NCBI GenBank assembly: GCA_040954595.2
Contig: CM082581.2
Coordinates: 2,410,699 to 2,474,698 of the forward strand
DNA from: Balanoglossus misakiensis
Lineage: Eukaryota > Animalia > Hemichordata
Length of the DNA: 64,000 bases
Direction: 5' to 3'
Part shown: positions 1 through 12,012 of the stretch, one piece after another
Numbering within the stretch: position 1 is the first letter of the stretch
Layout of the letters: each line of letters opens with the position of its first letter
The notes under the pieces: generated by a model
Database searches by the model: none
What the model was told of the DNA's origin: nothing
What the model saw: only the letters and a program-made list of their open reading frames with translations
Made by a program: the position numbers and the translations under genes

Positions 1-1700
1 AAATTCTTAATGAATTTCCGATAGTAATTAGCTATACCTAGAAATGACTTAAGTTGCGTGACAGTGTGAGGGCGGGGATAATTCTTGACAGCGGTCACTT
101 TGCTCTCGTCAACAGCGATTCCGTCTCGGTCTATAATATGACCTAGAAATTTAACGCTCTTTCTCATTAATTGACATTTGCCGGGTTTTAACTTAAGTCC
201 GGCGTCGCGTAATCTAGTCAAAACTGTGTCAAGATGTTGCAAATGCTCTTCGAATGTGCTACTGAAAACTATTATGTCGTCGATATAACAAAGTACATAT
301 TGCCACATAATATTGCGCAAAACAAATTGCATGGTGCGTTGAAAACAACTAGCACTGTTGCGTAATCCTTGAGCTAGGCGACGATATTGGTATAACCCTT
401 GATGAGTTACAAAAGCTGTCTTAGGTCTACTCTCTTCGTCTAAATCTAACTGAAAAAATCCAGACTGTAAATCTAAAGTGGAAAAATACTGCGGCTTGCT
501 TCTCCCTAACATTTCAAGTGATTCGTCTGTTCGCGGCAAGGGAAAAGAGTCAGGCACGGTAATTTAGTTCAATTGTCGAAAATCAGTACAAAATCGCCAC
601 GATCCGTCGGGTTTGCGAACTAAAACAACTGGACTCGCGTATGGAGAGGTAGATGGTTCAATTATACCCTGCGCTAATAATTTGTCAACTTGTGATTCTA
701 ATTCTCGCCTTTTCTCCGGCGTTACTCTGTACGGTGGACGTCTAAATGGTACGGCCCCCTCCTCAAGTGGGATTGTATGCTTGATTATATCACAATGACC
801 TAATTTGCCAGTAGAATCAACAAAAGCATCAGAGTTTCTGAGCAACACCTGTTTAAGTTGTTCCCTCTCTTCATTATTTACATCTAAGTTGTCTAATCGC
901 AATTGAGTCAACAAGTAATTTGTTTTGGTCTGTTTAACACTTGACGATACTGTGCTAACATTAGGCTTATCTAAAGGAATGATATGACTTTGAACAGGCA
1001 AGGGCGAGAACATTCCGACAACAGTATTTTTCTTTATACAAACTTCAGATTCTATAGTATTAACAACACGCACAGGAATAAATTTCTTGTCGGAATATGC
1101 CAAACTTCTCGCCATTAGAACACCAGGAGGTAATTTAGACCTCTTATCGTTAACACAACCTAGAATACCATTTCGAAATTTAGAAGACACTTTAGTTGTA
1201 AATATTGCTTCGCTATTTGGAGGAATTAAAACATTATTACTAGCCCTGACAGATACCTTTGATTTTAAATTTATACTATTGGTTTGGAAATTAACAACAG
1301 CACCATAACGTCGCATAAAATCAACACCCAAAATTAAATCATGGCTGAGAGTGTCGACAAGGTTAACGTATAAAATTACCGTTTGATTCCCAACTTGAGC
1401 AGGTATTTTCATAAATCCCATCACATTTAGTTTACTTGCATCAGCAGTTTGAACAGAATGATAACGAGATTTATAAATTTGATATTTGCTCAGTTCAGGA
1501 ACCATTTTCAACAGTCGGATTGGTGCGACAGTTATGTTTGCTCCGGTATCAATTAAAGAATGTACATCTCTTGAACAAATGGAAACAATAATCTTATTAT
1601 CACTAAGAATAGGGTTTCATCAGATTGACCACTAGTGCCCCTTATGTCCTGCGCTCCCTTACGAGTCTGATTAAATCCAAATTGCGGCCGTTCACTGGGT
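1..1700 (-). pseudogene. Gypsy pol (protease, reverse transcriptase), disrupted
   Basis: Protease motifs IDTGA (~1530-1552) and ILGVDF. RT motifs SPYASPVVLVRKPDGSWRFCTDFRQLN and CYIDDII (~270-290). In-frame TAA at 564-566 between FRQLN and ITVPDSFPLPR, plus a frameshift near 1553. Confidence 0.9.
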
Positions 1701-1731
1701 GACTCAGCGGAACAAATATCCCAAGTGGGCC

Positions 1732-2760
1732 TTAATTGTTTAAATGAGCATGTCGACAATTTCGTGCGATATGCCCAGGTTGTTTACAAGAATAACAAAT
1801 TCGAGTATCAAAATATCTGCGGGAGTTACTAGGACAATTGGGAGCACTATGACCTATTTGACGACAATTAAAGCATTCTACCTGAGCATTTCGTATTGCT
1901 CGTCCTCCATAGGTAGCAGGTGGTCGTCTTGCGTAGTTGGCAGGTGGTCGTCTTGCGTAGTCGGCAGGTGGTCGCCTCTGTTCTGAACGTCGGTCCCCTG
2001 GATGTTGCGGTTTCTGGTCTGCTCTGCTCTGAAGGGTCTTGATCTCTTCAGATAAAGTGTTCAGGTGGCCGATGATCGCTCGGACGCCGGGGGTGGGTTC
2101 ATCCTCGTCTGAGGGGAGCTTGGTGACAACTTCAGCTGTTTTGGCGTGTAGATACGCCGACGCAAAATCCTTCGGAGTCCGTCCCGCCACGAAGGCCTGT
2201 ATGTTAGGTCTCAGGCCGTTCATGAAGAAAGACAGGAGCTCCCTGTCGGATTTTTGCGCCTTGTCGGTTTTATCTTTGAGCAAAGCTGCATATTGCTCGA
2301 CCGACTGGCGGGGCTGCTGTCTAAGCTTGTATAGCTGTTGGTCGTACAGCCACATAGGGCCATACTTACCAAAGCGTTCCCGCAGCTTAGTTCCGATGGT
2401 CTCGAGGTCGTTCTTCACCTCGTCAGGCTGGCTCCGGAACCATCGTTCGGCCTCTCCGGCAAGGTATAGACCAATGCCGCTTCGTTTCTTGTCGTCCGCC
2501 CAGCCCCTGAAGTTGGCAAAGTCTAGGTATCTTTGCCACCACTGATGTACGTTTTCGTCTTCACGACCTCTGAAGGTTGCTGGTGATAAACCGTCTGAGC
2601 TATCAGTACAAGCCAAACGGATTTCAGCCAGCTGGGCTTGTAAGATGCCCTGCCATTCAGCACCTTGTACTTCTGCCGCTTGTTCAGGAGCCGGTTGTTG
2701 TGGCTCTGCCTCTGCTTTCACTTCTGCCTCTAGTGGTAGTGGAAGTTGGTTATCTGCCAT
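1732..2760 (-). CDS. Gypsy gag with two CCHC zinc knuckles
   Basis: ATG (MADNQ) at 2760. Retrotransposon gag motifs (FRGREDENVHQWW, LAGEAERWF, FFMNGLRP) and knuckles CFNCRQIGHSAPNC and CYSCKQPGHIARNC. Confidence 0.9.
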   Translation of the reverse strand: MADNQLPLPLEAEVKAEAEPQQPAPEQAAEVQGAEWQGILQAQLAEIRLACTDSSDGLSPATFRGREDENVHQWWQRYLDFANFRGWADDKKRSGIGLYLAGEAERWFRSQPDEVKNDLETIGTKLRERFGKYGPMWLYDQQLYKLRQQPRQSVEQYAALLKDKTDKAQKSDRELLSFFMNGLRPNIQAFVAGRTPKDFASAYLHAKTAEVVTKLPSDEDEPTPGVRAIIGHLNTLSEEIKTLQSRADQKPQHPGDRRSEQRRPPADYARRPPANYARRPPATYGGRAIRNAQVECFNCRQIGHSAPNCPSNSRRYFDTRICYSCKQPGHIARNCRHAHLNN

Positions 2761-2837
2761 TCTGATGCTGTATCTCGTCCCACTACGTGTTGTCATCAAC
2801 GAGTTTGCTTCGATACCCGTCGGACTTCTCCACCAAA

Positions 2838-3557
2838 TGTTACGGCTGGTCCAGATGGTACTCCAACTTTGCAGTAGCAAAGAGGTGTACAGGATCTACC
2901 AAAGTAGAGACTCGTTGAGACTGGATGTAGTGGGAGTCAGAATGCTTTATTTCTGGTGCAAAGCCTTTACAACACACGGTTGTCTGCAAGATGGTTGTTC
3001 TACCCAAAAGCAAGAAATTACAGAGTTTATATGTCTTTGAGAAAGAAGAGAAATCAAAGATTCATCATAGTGTGATTCTCATTGTCCAATTACAACTTTA
3101 CAACACATCGGCATATTCTTGATCGTCCAATTACAAAATTATTACACACTGAAATATCCTTCGGATTGGCTGTCGGTTCTCAAAGAAGAAATTATGTCTG
3201 TCAAGATCACGACCAACTGAAGGTGATCAAATACAAGGACTAGCAACCATCGTATGCAAACATCTCCTCCCTCGTATTTTAATAATATAGAGGTACATTA
3301 CGTAAAATATGTAATTAAAACTCATTCGTTGATTGAAATTCCCAGGTCTCATTATTTGTAAGGTACTCGATATCTCCAAGGTAATTAAATGTTGTGGCTA
3401 TTAATTAATGTCTTACCTAAAAGTATTTGACCTCTAAACATGGAGTTATTGACCTCTATACACAGAGTTACTAATCTAATTGGAAATTAATCATAGAAAT
3501 TACAATTCTTTATTATGAGCGAAATTCTTAATTTTCCTATTTTTATATATCGTAACA
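2838..3557 (-). repeat. 5' LTR of Gypsy element 1 (720 bp)
   Basis: Inverted termini TGTTACG/CGTAACA; PBS (tRNA-Ala-like by recollection) lies 2 nt downstream on the - strand. Confidence 0.85.
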
Positions 3558-4750
3558 GCACCGCTGCGGTGCAAATAAGATCATTTGAGTTATGCTGCAA
3601 TATAGTGCGAAAATTTCCGACTTTTTCGAGTACACATCGTGATGGCGAATGGTTCAGAAAAGCTAGCCTTTTACCAGAAGGTGTCAACTGATGTTGATTC
3701 GAGACCACTTCTTTTTCTATTTTTTTTTTGTGAGAATTTTTAACGACATTATCAGTGTAATTTTTAGCATTTTCATAAAGCCAATTCATTTCAATATCTA
3801 CGCTGCGTTTTTTATCTGTCGGGCATAAGAAACATGCAGGGAAACTTGGTCATTTTTTTGTCGCGGTTCACTTGGGCAAGTGTGAATACGGAGTGCTCAG
3901 CAGAGAGAAAGATAAACTCGCTAAAACCGTGTCTTTCCGTCCGCATGACCAACCAAGGAGCGAAAAAGTCGTTATTTAGGCCGTAATAAAACGTTTTTGT
4001 CGCCTAGGAGGGAATAAAGAACGGACAGATCGTTGCTGTTCAGGGAACTGTTATTCGCACCACTGCGGTGCAGGGAACTGTTATTCGCACCACTGCGGTG
4101 CAGGGAACTATTATTTGCACTGCTGCGGTGCAGGGAACTCTCATTTGCACCGCTGCGGTGCAAATAAGATCATTGGAGTTATGCTGCAAAATAGTGCGAA
4201 AAATTTCCGACTTTTTCGAGTACACATCGTGATGGCGAAGGGTTCAGGAAGGCTACCCTTTTACCTGAAGGTGTCAACTGATGTTGGTTCGAGACCACTT
4301 TTTTGTGATAATGTTTAACGACATTATCAGTGTCATTTTTAGCATTTTCATAAAGCCAATTCATTTCAATATCTACGCTGCATTTTTTATCTGTAGGGTA
4401 TAAGAAACATGCAGGGAAACTTGGCCATTTTTTGTCGCGGTTCACTTGGGCAAGTCTGAATACGGAGTGCTCAGGAGAGAGAAAGATAAACTCACCAAAA
4501 ACCGTGTGTTTCTGTCCGCATGACCAACCATGGAGCGAAAAATTCGTTATTTATGTCGTAATAAAACGTTTTTGTCGCCGACGAGTGAATAAAGAACTGT
4601 CAGATCGTTGCGGGGCAGGGAACTCTTATTCGCACCGCTGCGGTGCAGGGAACTCTTATTTGCACCGCAGCAGTGCAAATAAGATCATTGGAGTTATGCT
4701 GCAAATAGTGCGAAAAATTTGGACTTTTTGGAGTACACATCGTGATCAGT
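3558..4750. repeat. Tandem array of ~510-590-bp units with an embedded 30-bp minisatellite
   Basis: GCACCGCTGCGGTGCAAATAAGATCATT recurs at ~3558, ~4147 and ~4662. The 30-mer CAGGGAACTGTTATTCGCACCACTGCGGTG occurs 4 times at 4041-4160 and twice at ~4616-4675. Confidence 0.9.
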
Positions 4751-5804
4751 ATCGTTTGCAGGCAATCGTTTACAGGTCGTAAGGTCATACACTGTGAAAA
4801 TTGATTCTCTTGTACGCGTTCACCCAAGCCGGCGAAAATGAAAAGATTTTACATAAAAAAAAAACAGGCCAGCGATTTTCCTCTGTTTACAGGCGGAAAT
4901 TTTTTGCTATACAGCCGGCTATTTTTCTGGCTTCCGACTATTTTCTACATCTCTGCTTTTAGCGAGGGCATGACCTTCTGTGGTCAGTATGGGACACTTG
5001 AGTGCGCGATTGCCTGCTTCTATAAATAACTAACATGATCTCTTACTTGGTCGCGCAAAAGGGGAAAAATAAGACCATATTCTCGTGATTTTTTCACTCT
5101 CAATTATTGGAGCCGTTCTGGCCATTTGCTACCGCAGGGTTACTGTTGAACTACAGGGCTCTTTAGACAATATAATGGCACTAGTTCAAGGTGTGAACGA
5201 CCCCGGTAATGAGTTGCTCATGAATATTCACGTCATATAACATGAGAGGAGGTATACTATGCGAATGCGAGGTCGGGGGAACCGCGTGCGGTACTGCCTA
5301 CTTGAAAATGACATCTTCCCTAATTTGGCGAAATTCCGGGAAGATAAATATATAGGATGAAATCAGTCGATGGAACCAGATCAAATCCAAAATGGTCTGA
5401 CATCAAATGTCGAAATGGCATGTTTGCTGATCGACCGTAAGAAAGTGACCAGAGCCCTGCGATGTCCGTATTGTATTGATCACGCGTAATCCCAATCATC
5501 TCGCAAGATTGATGCGTCATCGCTATAAGCATTCTCGGTCACATGTACACCGTTTCCAATGTAAACAAACCCGCGCATCATTTCAAGTGTTACGGGCAAT
5601 ATTTTCGGCTTGCATGTAGCTACAACTGCCCAAACCTTTCTTACATCTTCATTATGTAGTATTCCATGATGAATGTACAGGAAAAACGGGCTTTTTCGAT
5701 GATGAAAAATGGATACACACGAGAAATACTGGGGCTTTAAACCATCAAAATGTTATAATTTCAACAGGTACAAGTAAACAATCTGAATATTTTAAAAAAT
5801 AGCG

Positions 5805-7082
5805 TCAAGGACACTGTGGTCCCATTTGAGGACATAGCACATAGCAACATAGCAATAAGCATATCTGCTCTGGATGCCAAGATATGGAAAAGTAGGTCAA
5901 AGGTCACCTGAGGTCATGCAAAATTTGGGCAAGAAATTTGGACCCTATACTGGTCCATGTTCAACGAAAACCAAACCTATAGCCCTATTGGTTAGCCTGG
6001 AATTAGGTATGCACATAATTAATGAGATACGCAGGTGTCACAGGTGACCCCCAATTGTTGCTTTTCAATTTTAGTCCCAACCCTCCAAACCCAAAGTCTG
6101 TACCTGCTCTGGATGCCAAGATATGATAAAGTAGGTCAAAGGTCACCTGAGGTCATGCAAAATTTGGGCAAGAAATTTTGACCTTATACTGGTCTATGTT
6201 CAATAAAAACCAAACCTATAGCCTTATTGGTTAGCCTGGAATTAGGTATGCACATAATTAATGAGATATGCAGGTGTCACAGGTGGCCCCCAATTTTGGC
6301 TTTTCAATTTTAGTCCCAACCCTCCAAACGCCAAGTCTGTACCTGCTCTGGATGCCAAGATATAGGAAAGTAGGTCAAAGGTCACCTGAGGTCACCCAAA
6401 ATTTGGGCAAGAAATTTTGACCTCATACTGGTCCATGTCCCACAAGAACGAAACCTCTAGCCCTATTAGTTAGCCCGGAATTAGGTATGCACATAATTAA
6501 TGTGTTAAGCAGGTGTTACAGGTGAGCCCAAAAATTTGCCTTTTATTTTGGCCCCATTGTGCTCACTGACCAATAGACAGTCACTGTACAGGACTATTGC
6601 ACAGACCAGAATTCCACAGTAAGACGTGGACATAGCTTAACCATAGAGGTATAAGTAAAGGTATAAATTTAATAAAAAGACTAAAAAATTCATAAAAAAT
6701 AAAACATCCATGATATCACCTGAACACTTACAGGTCGGTGTGAGGTTGACATAAGGTACATGCATACAAATTTTCAAAGAAATCTGACCAGTTATTATTG
6801 ACTTACAGAGTTTTGATCAATTTCACATTTTACAGGCTAATTTGCATATTTTTGGGCCTGGCAACTTCGTTTGGACAAACTCCCATCTACAGCCCTGCCT
6901 GCACCTACACACCAAATATTGAGGTGATACGCGTAGCGGTTTTCAAGTTTTTGATGTGGACGGACATACACACATACATCCATACATCCATACATACATC
7001 CATCCATCCATACATACATACAGACGCAACCCATCCCATAAGGTCCCATGGTATATAGGCCTATACCAATGGGACCTAAAAA
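5805..7082 (+). mobile_element. Non-autonomous Helentron/HINE (DINE-1/CvA-like) element with internal tandem repeats
   Basis: 5' motif GGTCCCATT (~5818), three ~239-bp tandem units (~5864, ~6103, ~6342), an (ACAT/CCAT)n microsatellite at 6964-7021, and a 3' hairpin AGGTCCCAT...ATGGGACCT (7041-7077) followed by an A-run. Confidence 0.7.
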
Positions 7083-7149
7083 TCAAGTAATTATGAAAAT
7101 ATAGTGTAGAGTAATGTGAAGTTATTTATTAGCAGAAATGTAATTTTTC

Positions 7150-9260
7150 ATGTATGGTTTTTGTTTGTTTAGTGAAGTCATGAAAAGAGAAAAGGTGTTT
7201 GCGGGAGCTGTGACAGATATTGTTGAGTACAACATGTCACTGAGAAAAGCAGCTGCAAAGTGGGGAGTAAAGCGGTCAATACTGAGTGACAGAGTCACTG
7301 GAAAAGTTTACATTGATAGACGTAAAGGGCCACCACAAATACTTACAACGGCAGAGGTAAAGAAACTAGCAGAATGGATCATCAGTATGGGTCAAGGAGG
7401 ATTTGGTGTCAGTAAAAATAGATTATTCCAGACTGTGAAAGCTATTCTGGACAAGGACAAAAGAACCTCCAAATCTTCCCGGTGATCGATGGTACAGGTC
7501 CTTCCTGAAGAGGAATCCATTGATGAAACTTGTAAGTACCAGAAACCTGGATTTGAAACGTGCCAAGGTGACCCAGAGGGAGGTGGCTGAGTGTTTTGGA
7601 GAGTATGAGAAGTTTATTTCGGATCATGATTTGCTCAACAAGCCAGCTCAGATCTGGAATTGGAATGAATCTGGTTTCTGTATGCAAGTAAAGACTGGGA
7701 AAGTGCTTGGACCAGCAAGAAACAGAAGTGGTGCCCTTCCCCAAATAACAGCAAACAGCAAGACTCAAATAACTGTCTTGGCCTGTATCAACGCTGTTGG
7801 TGGGTCAATTCCACCTTACCACTTGTTTCCATTGAAGACCGTTCCACGATCATGGAATCCGTTGTCGGGAGGAATTGAAGGAGCCAGCTGCTATTTCACA
7901 GAAACTGGCTGGATGGAAACTGAGACGTGTTATGCATGGCTTGCAAACCAATTTATTCCAAACTTAACGGCGATAAGACCTGTAGTGCTATATTTTGACA
8001 GCCACATCTCTCATTTGGATTTCGAAATATTCAAGCTTGCAGAAGAGCACAACATCTTGCTATACCGACTTTTGCCGAACGCATCACATTTCCTGCAACT
8101 GTGTGATGTCTCTCTCTTTGGTCCCTTGAAAGCTGCATGGGTCACCACAGTCAGGGAATTCATGGCGGAAAGTCCTGGCGAAGAGGTCACCCAAAAGACT
8201 TTTGCCAGGGTGTTCAGATCTGCATGGCAACGTGGTGCAACGTGATGAATATAACCAACAGTTTTCTGAGATCAGGAATATATCCAATCAATAGCTCAAA
8301 CATTCCAAGTGATATGCTGCTCCCTTCAACTACTTTTCAAGATTGCACGGCCGATAAAGATGTTGAGGAAAGCCAGATGGAGACACGGGCAGCAGTGAAG
8401 AACACCATCAACAGTACACCATCAACAGTCTCTTGGAAATGGTTGAAGAGGTAATGACTACACCTGAGAAGGAAAAGTACCGAAAACGAATTGAAGAGGG
8501 CTACGACTTGCCTGGCAGTCCATCATTCTGAATCAAGCACATAGTATTGAAAGTGGAGCTGCTACGTCTTCACACTCATCTGATAACGACAAAGGTGTGT
8601 CTGCAGAGTCCAACACAGCAATAGATTCCTCTGCCACAAGCAACACCAGTGTCACATCAAACCAATCAGTTGCAAGCAAAGCAGCCCCATCATCTGACTG
8701 TACAAGTACACCAGTCACCTCAAGTTACAGGAAAATTACAGGCACAACACCACCATGTAATAAAGTATCTCCAGTCCTAGATTAAGTGCTCTCTTATCCG
8801 GAAATTGGGAAGAGAAAGAAAAAGCCTGGAGCAAAAAGTGTTCTTCAGCATCTTCCAAACTTCTTAAATGATCCGAGTGCCAAAAAGGTCTACCAGGAAG
8901 AACATCTAAAACATCTTCGTCAAATCAAAGAAAGGCAAGACCGGTTGCGGCAAAAAAGCAAGCAAAAGAAGCAGCGAGAAGAAACCGTAGCTAAGAAAAG
9001 ACTCGAGAGAGAATAAAAAGGAGAGAGAGAGAGAGAGAGAAAGGAAGAAGAAAGAAAAAGAGGTGATGAAGTGGGCAACTGCACGTATGCCATCAGCAAC
9101 AAACACAAGGAAGAGGTGCCGTCTTGACTTCCATGACAACAAATAACGTGACTGTTGTAAAGTGTGCCATGTGCCCTTTGGTGATGATGAATGCATGTTA
9201 TGGCTACAGTTCGAGAAAAGTGCTGGGGGCTGCGACTGGTAGATGCATGTATCATGTATT
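7150..9260 (+). pseudogene. pogo/Tigger-type (CENP-B HTH + DDE_1 + C-terminal PHD remnant) transposase, frameshifted
   Basis: HTH MSLRKAAAKWGVKRSILSDRV; DDE_1 motifs IWNWNESGF, TETGWM, VLYFDSHISH, LLPNASHFLQLCDVSLFGPLK; K/E-rich linker; Cys-rich remnant ~9150-9255. Several stops and frameshifts; no TIR pair found. Confidence 0.85.
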
Positions 9261-9440
9261 TAGGCTAAGCAAAAACTTTTTTGTCATTTTTTACACCAAA
9301 AACGTGGGGAAAATGAGAAAATTTCAAAAATTTACATGATATTGAAGGTGTTACCAATCTTTAGGGATTTGATTTCAAAGGGGAAAATGGGGTGAGGGGT
9401 CAACTTAGGTTGGTCTGGTTAGGCATTACTGTCCCTTCAA

Positions 9441-11402
9441 AGAGCATATATTGCCTTTTTAAATCATATCAGAAGATTAAAAAATGTTCAAAAGAAATCT
9501 AATATTTTCCAAAAATTACAATATTTTTCGGGTATCAATTTCTATAATATTCGTTTTGTTCTCATAAAATACTTCAAAATCCACCCTGTCTCGAAAAGTC
9601 CGAGTTCAGATTTGCTGCATTTTGGTCACGTGACGTGACGTCACAGGAGGTTCCCCTCAGGTAGATCAGCTTTAGCGATGCTCACAGGTGTGATGCGTTG
9701 TTTTCGTGCTTTTCTCTGTAATACCACAATGGGAAAGGGAGTTGTTTGCCGTGGTTGCAGCAACACATTTCCTAGACGGGAGTCACCCGTGTGAGTTCCA
9801 CAAAAATGAATGAAAGTCTATGCCACGATCATCAACATCGTACGGTGTATATGAAGTCGGCGCGGTGCCGGTGACGGCCGTGGCGGTAACTGTCAATGCA
9901 TGACCGTTGAATGATAATCGGCCAGGTTCGAATCACAAGAAGACAATCAGCACCCTTACAGGAAAATAGAAGCCTGTCAGTAGGAGAGGTCGACCAGTGA
10001 TTAATATTCAATTCAGAGCACAACTGATCGTTTATACCCGATATTGGTGTTCATTCAGTGTTCCAGCGACCGCGATTACACAGTTGTAGGTGAACTGGCA
10101 GGATGCGTAAACACAATTTTGCGCTGGCCGACATCATGTCGAGATTGCTTATAATTATTCACTCTTTTGTCTGGCTACCCGGTACCCAGGGACCGCAAAC
10201 TTCGATAATTAAGGTTGACAGCAATCAATGTAAAAACTTGAAAGTTCAAAATATTACTGTTACTATTTCACATTTCTTTCAGTCATACCTTTGTATGGCT
10301 TCGGCTGAATGGTCGCCATCTTTCTTTTCTAATTTCTTTGTTTACAAGTTTTACGTCGCACTATGTCCGACTCATCGGCTCCAAAACACACTGTACAAAT
10401 TTTGAAACAAAGTGTGTTGAATAAATTTTGCTTCGTGTGAGTGAAAACCGTTTCCAAACTTGGATATTCGTGTGTATCAATGAAAATGTTTCATGCTTTG
10501 TGAGCGTGAGTGGGTCGGCCCGGCACGATCGCCTGTTGCTGTTGGTTGTATGGTTTCATTTTGTTATAATGCAGTATGAAGCATGTGAAGGAACTTTCAT
10601 GATTACAGCGACAAGTCATAAATGTTTCTGTTTGTCATCACCAAAAAGGCATATAGCTTACATGTAATTCAGAAGACAGAATTTTAGTGCTGGCATGGTA
10701 CATATACATCGCGGCGCGATATGTGTCATCGCTGCTGACTGCGTGTACACGCATCGGCGCTGATGGAGTTCCCTTTTAATAACACGAGCGTATTTTGTCT
10801 GTTGAGGCAGTGATCGAAAATCGCCAAAAGACCACGATCAGTTATCAATAAGTTGACATTGTCCAAGATAAGTAGATTTAGACCCAGCACTCTAGACCTA
10901 AACCTCTGGGCAATATTCCACGGTTTAATCGAGGCAGCAATCATTGTATGTGTAGGGCGCCTATACACATCCGCTGCCATTGCATGTTGTGTACTGCTTG
11001 CAATGTGTAGCCGTAGCCTAGCCGGGCCGAGTAGTTTTTTTTCATAATCGCATCTCCCCTAGATGATAAGGTATACATGTACGTTTATTTTGAAGGGGAC
11101 GGGGGATACAGAGTTGTACCCAGGCTGACACAGCAAAGCTGTTTAGATCACAGACATGTATGATTGCATTTCAACCACTGCAATGTACAGTGCTAAGTCT
11201 GTTGCAAACGTAAATGGGTTCCTCTTGTGACGTCACGGGTATGGGCGTGGCCCAAACAGAAGTTTTTTTTCTCAGGCCCTGAACATTTTTAAATTTAACA
11301 TTTATTTGTCCATATGAAATAAATAAAAGAACAACAGTATTTAACACACAAGCCCAATTATTATTTATCCTCAAAGGTGTGTTTCGAGCCAAGATATGCT
11401 CT
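9441..11402. mobile_element. Non-autonomous Kolobok-like DNA transposon (TTAA target)
   Basis: TIRs AGAGCATAT(A/C)TTG at both ends, flanked by TCAA (9437-9440) and TTAA (11403-11406). Subterminal inverted GTGACGTCACA(G/A)GAGG at ~9635 and ~11221. Possible THAP remnant (MGK..C.GCSNT) at ~9729. Confidence 0.65.
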
Positions 11403-12012
11403 TTAAGTGATTAACAGAGCTATTTGTTATAATTTCTTGGCTGTCCTGGGCCCATGAAATTTCTCTCTTCCCTTTAAAAACTTATTTCCTTCATGAAAAA
11501 AAGTATTTCTACTTATAAGGATCCAAATACTTTACGAGAATATGCATTCTAACTGTGTTTGTGCAACTGACAGGAGAACTGGTCCAAGTGACCGCATACG
11601 GGTCTAGCGCCACCACTCGTCTGGGACTCTCGTTTACCTTGACCTTTGCCAACTTGACCCGGATTTGTGGTTGTTTCTATTGTCAGTCCTCCAGTGCTAT
11701 AAAACATGGCGTTGTTGTAGTGTTCGAGTTGCCAATGAAGTGTGAGTATCATTTTTAATAAAAGTGATTGGATACTGGTCTAGGGGGTGTATGTAACAAT
11801 TGGAATCAAAACTTTGAATTCGTATTTGAACAGCTCTACAATCTCAGTACTGCACTGGTACATTTGGTCAAACATCTGCCTCTTCAGCAGCATATGCCGT
11901 TGTTGCACTGCAGGGCCAGTACACATATCAACAAGCAGTAGGCGACTGCGTTCAGTAGAAGAACTGTTCTTTTTTGTTTTTTTCTAAACATACACTTAAA
12001 AGATAATAAAAA

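Larger units (their letters stand above)
1..3557 (-). mobile_element. Ty3/Gypsy LTR retrotransposon, 5' part (continues beyond the left edge of the window)
   Basis: LTR 2838-3557 bounded by TGTTACG...CGTAACA, followed on the - strand by PBS TGGTGGAGAA, then gag and pol with PR before RT (integrase would lie outside the window). Confidence 0.93.

Noticed and set aside
4780-9440. TIRs for the pogo-like transposase
   Set aside because: No convincing inverted partner for the sequence near 9390-9436 was found upstream, so the element boundaries are left undefined.
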